Shown: positions 12,401-25,328 of the stretch, piece after piece
Numbering within the stretch: position 1 is the first letter of the stretch
Layout: each line of letters begins with the position of its first letter
From: Nymphaea colorata
Taxonomy: Eukaryota
Length of the DNA: 64,000 bases
Direction of reading: 5' to 3'
NCBI RefSeq assembly: GCF_008831285.2
Contig: NC_045138.2
Coordinates: 20,274,001-20,338,000 of the forward strand
The notes under the pieces: generated by a model
What the model saw: only the letters and a program-made list of their open reading frames with translations
The model's database searches: none
What the model was told of the DNA's origin: nothing
Position numbers and translations under genes: made by a program

Positions 12401-15400
12401 TTTGACTTAATTGACCCTTTTTAATCAATGGACTTTCACTTAGTATTCAGACATGAATTCCTGAAACCAAATCCAAATCCAACAAGGGTATGCTCCAAAC
12501 ACTACATGCACTCACATTGGATCTTTATTGGATCCCATTTCAGATTCAGTCACCTAAAGCGTATCAAGTCCAAATCTGATTGGGACTCTGATCCATTCTG
12601 CTTTACCAAATCCAATTAAATGGTTCCAATTTCAGGATAGTACTTGGATCTTACCAACCAGTTGACATCCCTAATCAGGTTAAGCAGAGCTTCTGAATGT
12701 CAAGAAATAAACCTGACAAACCAATTCCTTTTAAGAATATGAAAGACATTTAAACGAACTAAAGGATATTAGCACATTTAAGTTCTAAAGTTACCAAAAG
12801 TGTCCCATCTAGTTGCATTTGATATTACTGTCTTAGCAAAGAACTTTCTCCCATCTGATAGATGGACTCCTACCTGCAATGAATAAAGAAATCTATTTTC
12901 AGTAACACATACTGCATGCCTCTCCTAATTCATAGCTAAGTCGGAGAAACAAAAACTCACAGCTTTTCCATTATCAAGAATGACACTTGTTACGTTTGCT
13001 TTATATTGTATTTCACTGCCTTTGTCAACTAGACCCTTAGCCAGTGCTTTTGCTATTTCCCCCACACCACCAACTGGATAGTTAATCCCTCCAAAGTGCC
13101 GATCGCATAAAACCTGTTGGCATATGAATACAGCATTCAGAAAAGAATAAATCAAAAACTTGCTTTAAGTGATGTTCAGAAGAAAAATAAAATTATTTAA
13201 CAAATATTCCAAAGAATAGTTCTGAGTGCTAACCATGCTTGCATTGATCATTGGTGTTTGCAGAGCATTGACAGTGCTCACTATGAAACACTGCAGGACA
13301 TGTACAAGTTCCATTATCTTTACATTCAGTAATTTCTTGTGCAAGTTGCAATCTTTACAGTAGACAACGTACTAATGAAAGCATCAAACCTCAACATCAA
13401 TAAAAGACAATAACCGTGGATCCTTTATGAACTTTCGAGCTATATCTCCCGCATTCTGGGGCAAAAAATATGCTGAAAAAGCATCCAAACATACTTATTA
13501 GTTACTAATTGACAGCCCAATCCTTCGCTTTATTGTTTATTAAGATGACCTGTCCACAATATAAAATAGTAAAATCAAATGATTGAAAATATTCAATTAT
13601 AAAATTCATGCCACAAACTAAAGATCTCATTTTCTCAATGCAAGTCTTAAAATGTAAAGAATCAGACCACACATATACTATAATTACCAAGAGTTAAGCA
13701 CTCAAAGGGCTTCTTAAAGAATTGTCCGAAAAGGTAAATTGGCTCCTCAAGTGATTTTAGCTCTAGGGAGTTCAGAGCATTGAAGATCTACAAATAAGAT
13801 AAAGAATTGCTAAGTAATTGATTTTTAAGAAAAGAAATTTCAGCAACAGCATGTAACAAACCTTCCAGCATTCACCATAAAATTTGTTGATTCCTTCTTT
13901 TTCATGAGGAAAATGGTTTGTGAGTTCTGCAATGAAGTCGCCAAACTCTCTATGTGCACGAACCGAGAGACCATCTGGTAAATGAAAATGCACAGTGGTC
14001 GGATCTGGTATTACCTGCAGTTTGCACCCAACAGCTTCCAGCGCTTGTGTAATTAGATTTAGGTTTCCCTGTGTCCATGTACATGATGAGAAGTTAGAAA
14101 GCAATTATTGCTTGGAAAAAACCATACATTCTTCACACCCTTCCTCCTGAGAAGGAAAATTCCATAATTTGGAAGTTGGAAGCAAAGAGTTTCTCTGCAA
14201 AGGGAGAACAACACAAACATGGAAAGAAGAAAATAAGAGTACAGAGCACCCTAAAACTGATAGATTTTATGAGGACTGAATCAGTGAATTGTTTTTCTGT
14301 TTAATAAAATGAGATTTCCAACTTTTCAATCCTATATGTTCCTACTGCTGCTTGCCTCAAGGCACGAACCATGAAAGGTATTAAAAACTAACAGCTTTGT
14401 TTGCCTCCTCCAATTTATTTATTGCCATTAACTCATCTAGACAATAGTGCAGTCTGACCATGTCCGCCCATCTGGATCAGTTTGAAGATCATTTTGGAAG
14501 TGATCAGCCACCACTAACTCGAGACTTAAAGTAAGTGAAGGCAAGGGGTAGGATTGTACAATGAGATGCAAAGAAATTTGTCCACTTCCTCAATTCGCCC
14601 CTTAGTTCGTCTTCTCAACGTGTTGCCATATAACATGTTTATATAACTCAGGAAAATTTGATTTGAGAAACCATAGGCATAGTTACGGCAACACTGAAGA
14701 AACTCCGTGCTCTTAAACATTATTTAAGTAAACATGAGCGACCGAGTGGGTGAGTATGAGTGTGTAAGAGAGAGAGAGAGGTATCAATGCGATAAGATTG
14801 TTACTTTCCAACATATTTTGCTAAAATTTCACATATTTAAAACCTCAAAATTTTCCCAGTTTTCCCCATTTAAAGATGTAAGCTTTTCATTCATCCAAGA
14901 AAAGTTCATCGAAGTATTCCCAATATTATACTTGTGACACTACCAGTATCGAAAGCTCTTTTACCAATCCAATATCCATTCTTCAAGTCTCGACAAGTAG
15001 TTTCCAACACACACTAAGAATTACTATCGCTACTGAATACGCAATAGATGAATTATTGGTAAAATTCAGTGCCCAATCTGTAGCTGGATCAGCCACCACA
15101 AGTAAAAGAATGCATAAATTTGTCACGAATTCAGTTATTATGAAAATTGAATGACTAAATTCCACTTAAATTTCAGCAAATGATGAATGAAGAATCCATT
15201 CTTTTTTGCTCCAAAAACTGAAAGTAAAGAAAGACCCGACAGTTATACCTTATCGCTAAAACCAAACATCACAGAAGACCCGACGTCGAACGTGTAGCCA
15301 TCCCTCTGGTAATACCCCGAGCTCCCTCCCGGGATTACGTACTTCTCCAGCACTAACACCTTAGCTCCCTTCACCGCTAGCTGCGTCGCGGCGACGAGGC

Positions 15401-15680
15401 CGCCGATTCCCGACCCGATTACGATGGCGTCGTACTCTCCGTCCTTAACCCCCGACCCCACCGCAGGCGCCACAGCCTTTTCCCCGACGACGCTCAGTGC
15501 CTTCGATTCCACGTGAAGGCCCCTCCTCACCTTCCTCCAGAAGAACGCCTGTTTCCCATTTCTCTCGGTGACGGGTTGGCAGGTTAGGATTCCGGCGCCG
15601 GCTACCAAAGGGAGTTTTATCCCTAAATTTCGGCAAGACGGAAGGACGCCGGAGACGGAGGACGGGAGGGAATGGGACAT
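9434..15680 (-). CDS. CRTISO: carotenoid isomerase (prolycopene isomerase), chloroplastic, 13 exons, 600 aa
   Basis: Exons (minus strand): 15680-15249, 14068-13862, 13787-13688, 13472-13390, 13290-13234, 13113-12961, 12873-12795, 11287-11139, 11042-10908, 10794-10681, 10055-9945, 9834-9726, 9507-9434. All GT-AG with consistent phases, 1803 nt. Transit-peptide-like N-terminus, FAD motif [54 protein letters not shown]. Confidence 0.96.
12354..12673. mobile_element. hAT-type MITE (family A) in CRTISO intron 7
   Basis: TIRs TAGGGATGTAAAC ... GTTGACATCCCTA; 8-bp TSD ATCAGGGT / ATCAGGTT (7/8 match). Confidence 0.85.
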
Positions 15681-16920
15681 TTTTGGAATTACGAGCTCTG
15701 TAGAGGGACTGAGATAGAAAATGGAGGGAAGCGCTGGATGGGCTAAGGATGACGACGACAACCACAACAAAATGCCGTTAACCATCCCTCCTCCTACGGG
15801 TCGGATACGATTTTGATTGCATAAATTGTGATCCGGTCTAAAACAAAAAGCTATTTTGTTCATCAATTATAGTGTTTTAGCAGACTCAGAATCTGATTTT
15901 AGTTTCATTCTATGTTTTTCATCGTAAATGATCCCATTGAATGGCATTGCAAGGGGGTGAAAAGTTTGGAAGAAATTGTTTAACGTAACCAAAATTACAA
16001 ATTTTCCTTTTATTTATATCATAGATAAAATACTAACTATGCGAGTTCAAATTTATCTAGATGTTGCCGATGATTAAAAATTAAAAAACTGTTGTAGTAT
16101 TATTAAAAACAGTTAACCCCAAAGCATTAGAGATGGTTTAATTATGATGTAATAACAGTTTATAGTGTTTTGAGTAATAGTTTAAGGTACTTTCAGCAAC
16201 TTATTTTAATTTTTAACTATCTATCATTCCCTAATTCTTCATAGATTTAAATTTTAATTCGTTTGATGCAAGATGTTGTCAGATGGTCAAAAAATAAATA
16301 TATTACACTAAAAACAGTTGTCATAAGAGCATTAGAGACATTAAATGATGCAGCATAATTGTTCATGGTGCACACTAGAGTACCCGGCCCGATAATATAT
16401 CGGACCAGTTCAGGTCGGCTCGACGGAACTCGATTCGATTCGATAAATTTTAATTATTATTTATATTTTATTACTAATATATATTTTATTATTAAAATAT
16501 TTTTTATATTAAAAAATTTATTTTATATTTTTTTATTTTAACCGAACCTGCAGACCTACTAAATATGGGAACAGAACATCATTCCACTAGTCGATTGATG
16601 ACGGGTTTCCAACGTGTTGGTGCACCTGTAATCCTGTACTACCTACGCTCATGGATCATAGCGTGAGAATCATATGCATGATAATGCTATCAAAATCGGG
16701 CTTTGGATCCAATCAAACAACTAATAAGTTTTAAATTTGATTGCTAAAGTTTATATTACAAATTTTGCCAGCCCATAATATAAAATCAAGATAAAAATAA
16801 TTTAAAACAATAAGAAACATGGCACCATGAAATCGACCCATATTAAATCAAATCGTCTTGCCAATCTGGATGACATTGGTTATATTAAATACAATTTAAT
16901 ATATAAGATGGTTATTAGAG

Positions 16921-17464
16921 GGGCATTTGATGTTTTTGAAATTTTGATTCAAAATGAAAATGCTAGAATCATAATTCCTTCTCAAACTAAAATGAAATCA
17001 AAATTCCAGGTCTCATTTTTTTTAATTCTGAAAACAAAATGCCTTGTTTGTTTAATAGTTTCAATTTCTGAAAATTTGAGCATTTTTATTCTAAAATTCC
17101 ATGATTCTGGGTATATTTGATTCACTTGGAATCAATAGACTCTTAGAACTATTGTTCTCATTTTTTAAAAATGAGAATTATGTTTATGAAACAAAAAATT
17201 TTAATCCTACAATTATAAGCTCGTGAAATTGTGATTCCAAAATTCTCAAACTTTTTTTATCTCTCTTTGGGGCAGAAGGCATAATAGCTTTAATTAATGA
17301 ATTCTACAATTTTAATTCCTTTTTCATCAAACGAGTTATTTTTCATTCTGGAATCAAATTTTCATAACTAAGCAAAATTGGAACTGTGATTTTCATGACA
17401 ATTTCAATTTGATGTGAAATTTTGAACAATGAAAAAAATCAAAATTTCAAAGCATCAAACGCCC
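16921..17464. mobile_element. Tourist/PIF-Harbinger-like MITE between CRTISO and OEP61
   Basis: TIRs of about 29 bp: GGGCATTTGATGTTTTTGAAATTTTGATT vs reverse complement of the end, GGGCGTTTGATGCTTTGAAATTTTGATT; AT-rich non-coding interior. Confidence 0.8.
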
Positions 17465-18700
17465 GGCCTTATAGTCACAAATGTTTCTTGGATTTAGGTA
17501 GTTTTGGTCCTTGTATCATATAGATCTCAAAGCAAAGTTCATGACCCGATCTTCTTCTAATGGGACTTGTTCACCCTGGATCCGGTCGATGAAAAATTAT
17601 GTTTGAAAAGCCCAAAGTTGATCTCGTAAACCCAACTCCTTACCGAGTCCAATTTGAGGACCATGTAGCTCAAGTCCCAGATCCAAACTGGCTGACCCAA
17701 ATCCAGATAACAAAATTACCCGGTGCAGGTCTGAAGCGGAGCAGATGGGATCCGGAGATATCGGGTAAGCTTGAACGCATCGGATTCAGAACCGTTTTGT
17801 CAGTATCATTTCATCTGCAACGCAGAGCCTAGATGGGTTTATATTGTTTATTGCCTAAAATTCAATTTAAACTATTTTCCATTACTTTTAAAATATAAAA
17901 AATAAAAAATACCATAGTAAGTCACAATACATATTTGGGTCGATATCATACCAACATCAAGTGTTTTCAAGAAGGTGTTTGATTAACTTTGGATTTAAAA
18001 TCTCTGAATCCGATGTGTGACTTATGTGTTGTGCTTTTATTGATATGAAAAATATTGATAGATAGTTTAACAAACTAAAGATCTTTAATCCCACTTTAAG
18101 AACTACGTTTGAGATTTTTATTTTATTTTTTGGCTAACAAATTAGTTTATATATATATATATATATCGAGATCGGATATCGACAACGTTGGTCAAACGTG
18201 GATGTTGATGGAGAAGTGGAAATGGGGAGGAAGGAAGAAGAAGGAGAGGAAGAGCATCGTCGTTCTTGACTTCTTTTCTGGAGTTGCACTTCGTTTACCG
18301 GTCGTCCACGGTCCACCGATGGCCCCTCTTCTCTCTCTCTCCCCCTCATATAAAATGGGAAGAAAGAGAGAAGGATCCGCACCCACCCTCGCATAACCAA
18401 AAGGGAAGGAATCCCCATCCCCAACTCCTTCACGTTTTCCTTTTTCCTCTTTCTCTTTCTTGTCTGTCTGTCTGTCTCTCGCTTTCGATCTCAACTGCGT
18501 AGTTGAGTTGGTTAGGATTGATTCATATTCTTCTCCATTATTGAATTACGAGAGACGCTGACTGAGTAAGGAGAGGAGAGGAGAAGAGGACCACCCACTC
18601 GATTGCTCTCTCTCTTTTTTCTCGTTTCAGAGAAAGGGAAGCAAGGAGAGGAGAAACAGGGAGGAACCGTTCTGTTGGGTGGTTTTGTGGGGAGGGCACG

Positions 18701-21700
18701 ATGTTTAACGGAATGATGGATCCGGAGATCATGAAAATGGCTCAGGAACAACTGAGCAGGATGCCTCCTGGTGAATTGGCTAAACTCCAACAGCAGGTTT
18801 TGATTTCGTCTCTTCCTTTTCTTCTTTCCTTGTTTCTTTCTCCTCTTTCTTTTAATTTTTCCTGATCTCTGATGATCCGGCTAAGCGAGCGTTGAATGGT
18901 CGTGATCTTTTTTCTTTGTGAAGGACGATTTTCTGACGCTTTTCTGTTGTTCAGGCGTTGATGGGTCTCGAATTGTGTCGGAAACTTGATTTTGCATCCA
19001 ATTGCACCTTGTTAATATGGGATTTTGGCGAATTTTGTGAGGGTTTTTTATCGTCGCTTGTGAGTTCGGGATTTGGGGCTCTTGATTGATCGATTTTAGC
19101 TTTTGAATGTGCTCGATTTTGAAGGTCTAACTGACTGTTGTCGTTGCGATCTCGTTTTCTCTGGTAGAGGTGGTTGACAGCAATTGGCCCTTTTCTTGTG
19201 GGTTGTGAGGGGAATTTGAGTTTTTCAGGGCATTGAGCATCAAAGTCAATGCTATGTCTACCCTTTTGGTGGCATTGAACTATGAACTCCGAACTTTTAT
19301 GGTTTCTGGAGATGCATACTGTTTGTCTAAGGTTCTTTAATAATGTCTTCCAACTTTAGATCCTGTGGCCTGCAGAGTGCTCTCATCAATTCCTTAGTGG
19401 GTAGATACTGTTGCACATTTACCGAATTTGATCGATCTTTCCATGAAAATTGCACTCAGGGAGGGTGCCATCAAGCCGTTGACGGAGAATCTAATTTTAC
19501 GAAATTAAACTTCGACGTTAAAATACACTCCCAATAATAAAATAATGGTTCATTGGTAGGAGTGATGTTCGAGGAAATTAGTTCTAATCGATCATAATTC
19601 TGCCAACCATATCATTTGAACTTGGAAACAGTTCTAACTCAAAAGTTTTGATAACTTGAAGCCATCTTCCTCATGATGTACACACTAGAACATTCACACT
19701 GAAGGGACAAATCACAAATCTGCTTCTATCTATGTAATGTATGCACACACTTCCACGTTCATTTTCTTAAAAAGAACATACGTAAATGTGGGGTCTTCTC
19801 TAGATTGCTGTTACATGATTTTGATTTTGTTTTTGTTCACTCAAGTGCGGGAAAATGAGTGTTCTATTTTGTATTAGGGAAGATGATCTTCCTTTGCTTA
19901 TACCTTCCTCTGGCATTTGTAGTTGATGTCCAATCCAGAGCTTGTGAAGCTAGCGACTGAAGGGATGAAGAACATGAGACCGGACGATGTCAGAAATGCT
20001 GCCGAGCAGCTAAAATATGCACGCAGTGAGGATATGGCAGACATGGCTGAGAAGATTGCTAAGGCTACACCTGAAGAGATTGCAGCTATGCGTACTCAAG
20101 CTGATGCACAGATCACTTATGAACTGAATGCATGTGAAATGTTAAAGAAGCAGGTTATTTTTTTATTATAGCTATTCTCTTTTGGATCTAGACTGAATTC
20201 TGTTTCATTTTTTAGATTTATGTGGTAGCATATACTGCAACGCTTTGTTTTTTGTCCTAAGAACTATTCTCACACTGACACTAAAGATCCAATTTTGCTT
20301 TCCATGTTTGATTATGACGTTTTGTGCTTGATGGGAGTGGTCAGGTGAACTGTTGCCACAGTCCCTTGGAATATCTACTGTTTAGTATTCTGAATTCTTA
20401 ATGTGTTAGGTGTCCTCATTGATACTCATGCTGCCTTTGTTTCTTGGCAGGGAAATGACCTTCATGGCCATGGGAAGTATAGAGATGCTGCACAGAAGTA
20501 CTTGCATGTATGTATAATACATTAATTTGAGTTTTCTTTCTCCATTTTCCCATCCTGGTATGGTGAAGGGTACAAAACTGTGTGGACATGCATCCGTTAC
20601 ATACACATATATTGTTTTAAAAGTTCTGCAGACTGATGAGCTTAATGGTTTTCTTATTGGACATCTACTATGTAGGCAAAGGAAAACCTGAAGAAGGTTC
20701 CTGTTTCACAAGGCAAAAAACTCCAATTGGCATGCTCACTTAACCTGATGTCATGCTTTTTGAAGATGAAGCAGTATGAAGATTGTGTCAAGGAAGGTAC
20801 AGAGGTATGTAGTTGGGACCCTTTTTTCCCATCATTTGTGATTAAATGAAGTATAAGTCTGTCATTTCAACTGTATGTGATCTTTTTCACCATTACATTT
20901 TGAAGTTCGGGTTGATAACGTTTCTTTTTTCCCATGTTATCTAAGTCTTGTCACAGATCTAGGTCTTTCAATTATATGTAACTTTTCTTATGAATATAGG
21001 TCACTGTTCTTTTCTATGTTCAGGTGTTACAGTATGACACACAGAATGCGAAGGCTTTGTATCGGAGGGGTCAGGCTTACAAGGAACTTGGAAACATAAA
21101 AGTAAGATGGAAATCTCCTTCTCTTTCTCTCTCTCTCTCATGCGCATACACATGCTCAATATTTAGTCCCCAACGGTACCTTTATTATCACCTTAGGTTG
21201 ACTTGCATTTGTTGTGACAATAATGGGTGTTCCATCAGGCCTGAATCACAATTTGGATAATTAAGTAATATGTGTGTGTTACTCACATTATCTGACATTG
21301 CACATTATCTGAGGCCTAAATTTTAATAGCAAACTGCATACAACACTTGTGTAGACCTTTTATCCATCTAGCTAGAACCAGGTGCTTCCCAACTTCTTGA
21401 AATTTTCAAACTGCAAAGTTTTGAAAATCTCGATGGTCTCCCACCCTCCCCCATGCTCTGAAAATTTTAATATTCTCAGGGCCCCACCACCTACGTAGGT
21501 TTGTTGGACTCGTCAACTAACTCATCATTTAATTGGTAAACCCTCTCTCTCTTAAGTCTTAACGGCAACTTCAAGCATTGGCATCAAGCTGATGAAACAA
21601 TTTAATAGCAATCATCTAAAAAATGTTGGGATTGACAAGAAGAATTTCTCATTACAGTATCATTATATTTCTGTCCAGAAGTTACTTTTGAAGTTTCAAT

Positions 21701-24700
21701 TTGCATTCAAATCCTGCATGTTTTCTTGAGGACAAGAACTTTTCACTGATAAAAAGACTCATAGTGCTATGATAAGATTGATATTGGCAACTTCATCCAT
21801 GAGACGATATACAATGCAGAAGTATGAAAACTTGGGTCATCCTGTGATGTCATAAGTCAAAAGGACAAAACCCAACCAAAAAAAAAAAAAAATTGTTGAT
21901 GCATCGTTACTTGATCAGGACTCATTTTGTCTTATTTTGAAATGCAAAAACAGGCTGCTGTTTCTGATTTGAGCAAGGCAAGTACTATCTCCCCTGATGA
22001 TGAGACCATCACAGATGTACTAAGGTACATATTAGACGAACTTGTTAGGTATATATGTTGATGTTCAGGTGATAGAATATCTCTAAGAAATTCTGCGAAT
22101 TTATGCAGGCAGACCAAGGAACTGCTGAAAGAACATGAAGAGCCTCGTACATCTGGTATGGATTTCCATATTTCATGTTTTCCTGTTTGTCAAGTCAGTG
22201 TTCTTTTTTTTTTTTAAATACATAAGTTTTCTTGAAGCACAAGAGGTTGTCTTCAGAATTTCCAAGTGACCTGAAGCATTGCTTCTCTTAACAGGAGTGG
22301 TAATTGAAGAAATCATAGAAGAGACAGAATCTTCAACATCTGATATCCAGGAGAATCATCCTCCCAAAGAGTACTCCGTCTTACAACCTGAGGATACTGC
22401 TGAAAAATCTCAAGTGCATAACAGATCTGTTGGCAATGATAGTAGTGGTTTCAATGTAGATGCTCAACGGTTACAGGAACTCAAAGACAATCCCGAAGCG
22501 ATCAGGTCGGTTCTACCTCAAATCTGTTCCCCAGTCCTCTCATTGGAACTTTTAGACTTTATATCATGGTTTTAGTATCATTACTCTGAAGTGCTCTGTT
22601 GATTGATCTCCACAAATGGTTGCTCTTGATCCAATCATTTGTATTTGGTCCATGTTTTAGACTTTATTTCATGGTTTTGAGTTTGACATCATTACTCGGA
22701 AGGCACAGAACTCCAGAAATGGTTGCCGTTGGTCAAACCATTTGTACTGGGCAGGGTAGGAGCCTTTGTCTTATTGTCTGAAAACATTTTCTGTACACAT
22801 GGCACACAATCAATTTGATCATGCATGAGAATTTATAACGTATCTCTTATCATATTACTGACAATAAGTTAAGTACATAAAATTGACCTTATACTTCTTT
22901 TGTCCTTTCTCTATGACTATCATTTCTATGTGGATGCAAGGGGATGATCTTTTTGGAAACGATTAATATGGTTCTGAATGGGAAAATATTGTGAAGTGTC
23001 ATATCATTGGTTAAGGAATTTTTTTGCATGTATCCATAAAAAAAAAATTAATTATGCGCAATCTATTGCTTTTCTCATTTGAGGCAGTTAAACGATGCAC
23101 AGATTTCAGGTTGGAACTTAATCATTGAAAGCTTTCATAGTGATTGGGATTGGTGAATAAATGTGTTCTTAGGTCAGCTTAGCCTTGAATTCTGTTATGA
23201 AATGTGTGTGTCTCCGGGTGAGTGTATACTGTATATGCATGCATGCACATGCAAGCTTGCATGTGGTGCCTATGAATGTCAGATGATCAGTATTGCCTTT
23301 TTAAAGTTGCTTGTGAGTTCCTTTCATCCCTTTTGATCTGTAGCATCTAAAAGTTTCGTAAGAGGCATTTTTCAGTTGATAAAGCAGGTGAAGAAGCCTG
23401 GTATGGTAAATTGACAAATCATCTAGTAGGATGTTCACATTTTGTATGTTATAGAAATTATGGAAGTTTATGAAACTAAGAAAGAATGAAATAATGCGAG
23501 AAAACTTGATTAGATTATGACATATGATAAAACATGGTTATAAGTTTCCAGTGCCCAAAGCTAGCTGAATTATATACCTGTCATATTCTGATAGAACACA
23601 AGTCATGAAAATGCCCATGATATATTTCTAAAAATGTCATTTTTGAATTTAACATCCATGTTCAGATTTAATTTCTGTATGAAGCTTGTAAGAAGCCATA
23701 TGGTAGCCAAGGTAAAGCTGGGGATTCATTTAATGAACAGATAATTACAAAAGGCTTAATGTGTTTCAACTTTCAAGTACTACTGATACTATTAGTTGGT
23801 TTATAGAACATGATGGAAGATGGCATAGATGATCGTGCTGTACTGAACAGATATTGGATCCTCAAAGCAAGTCCTAAAAAAAGACTTAAAAGAACTTCTG
23901 TGACGCGTATGTTTCAAACATTTAGTATCATCCAAGAGGTCCTACAGGAGTCCATCTTTTCAAAAACTTACCGGCTAGATGTTTCCTTTTCTGGATGTCA
24001 TGTAACTCACTTTTCCTCATCAATAATGTGGTTCTGAAATATAGTTGGTTTATAGAACATGATGGAAGATGGCATAGATGATCGTTCTGTACTGAACAGA
24101 TATTGGATCCTCAAAGCAAGTCCTAAAAAAAGACTTAAAAGAACTTCTGTGACGCGTATGTTTCAAACATTTAGTATCATCCAAGAGGTCCTACAGGAGT
24201 CCATCTTTTCAAAAACTTACCGGCTAGATGTTTCCTTTTCTGGATGTCATGTAACTCACTTTTCCTCATCAATAATGTGGTTCTGAAATATAATAGTTGC
24301 TTCCCTTTGTGATAAAATTTTATTCTACTTCTACCCTCTTATATGAGCTGTATTCTTCCAGATCATTTCATACCTTTCTTGCCAATGCAAACCCTGATGC
24401 CTTGGCTGCTCTTGGTGGTCCGGGGATGGCACCTGAAATGGTAAAAACCATGTCAAATATGGTTAGCAAGATGTCAGCAGAAGAACTTCAGAAAATGCTC
24501 GAAGTTGCATCATCTTTGAATGGGACAAACCCTCTTTTCAGGCCAAGTACTTCAGCTGCGACGGAATCTCAAACTTCAGTAGCTGCTCCTTCTGTCAGAG
24601 ACAACCGTGAAGCAAGTACCAGCAGCTCTCGAAGCACATTTATGGGCTCAGAGATGCCTCCATCTTATAATCCAACCGGAGATGTGCAAGAACAGATGAG

Positions 24701-25328
24701 AAACCAGATGAGAGATCCAGCCATGAGACAGGTGAAGATTTGTCATTTTATTTATCATCTGTATTTGGTTCCAGCTTTTTTACTGACACGGTTCTTATGA
24801 CTGGGGCAATGGTCTTCACTTAGATTTTCACTCAGAGCTTTCTGGATTCTGTGGTTCATAGATTTACTCTTCTCTAGCCTAATAGTTTCTTACATTTTTT
24901 GGCTGTTGCTGGACAAACTTTCCAGATGTTCGCATCAATGATTAAAAATATGAACCCAGAAATGATGGCAAACATGAGCGAGCAGTCTGGCTTTAAACTT
25001 TCAAAGGAGGATGCTGTAAAAGCTCAACAAGCAATGTCTTCGCTATCTCCTGATGATTTAGAAAGAATGGTAGCTCCCTTTACTCTATTAGCTTCTAGTG
25101 ATCTCTAGATGTTGTTTTTGTCACCTTACGGCATCCCAGTGGTGTAATCATCTTCTAAAATGTCTGCTTGTTCTTCTGCAGATGCGCTGGGCAGACAAGA
25201 TACAGAATGTTGCAGAAGGAGCTCGGAAGACAAAGAACTGGCTCCTCGGAAGGAAAGGGTTGATTCTTGCAATCGCCATGCTCATCTTGGCCGTCATCCT
25301 TCACTGGATGGGCTACATTGGTGGTTAA
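18701..25328 (+). CDS. OEP61: outer envelope protein 61 (TPR chaperone receptor with C-terminal membrane anchor), 11 exons, 526 aa
   Basis: Exons: 18701-18796, 19923-20153, 20451-20507, 20676-20804, 21024-21101, 21954-22024, 22109-22155, 22295-22505, 24362-24731, 24926-25069, 25182-25328. All GT-AG with consistent phases, 1581 nt. Starts [12 protein letters not shown] clamp (LKKQGNDLH..., [20 protein letters not shown]); Met-rich STI1-like repeats; C-terminal TM ([21 protein letters not shown]). Confidence 0.94.
23793..24292. repeat. 249-bp tandem duplication in OEP61 intron 8
   Basis: Copies start at 23793 and 24042; one visible substitution (gatcgtgct / gatcgttct). Confidence 0.95.

Noticed and set aside
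15681..15866. Longer N-terminal extension of CRTISO in the ORF track
   Set aside because: The ATG at 15680 gives a typical transit peptide and a 600-aa protein; the upstream sequence looks like promoter or UTR. Use of an upstream in-frame ATG is not formally excluded.
23810..24286. Two near-identical 75-aa ORFs
   Set aside because: They result from the intronic 249-bp duplication and show no recognisable protein features.
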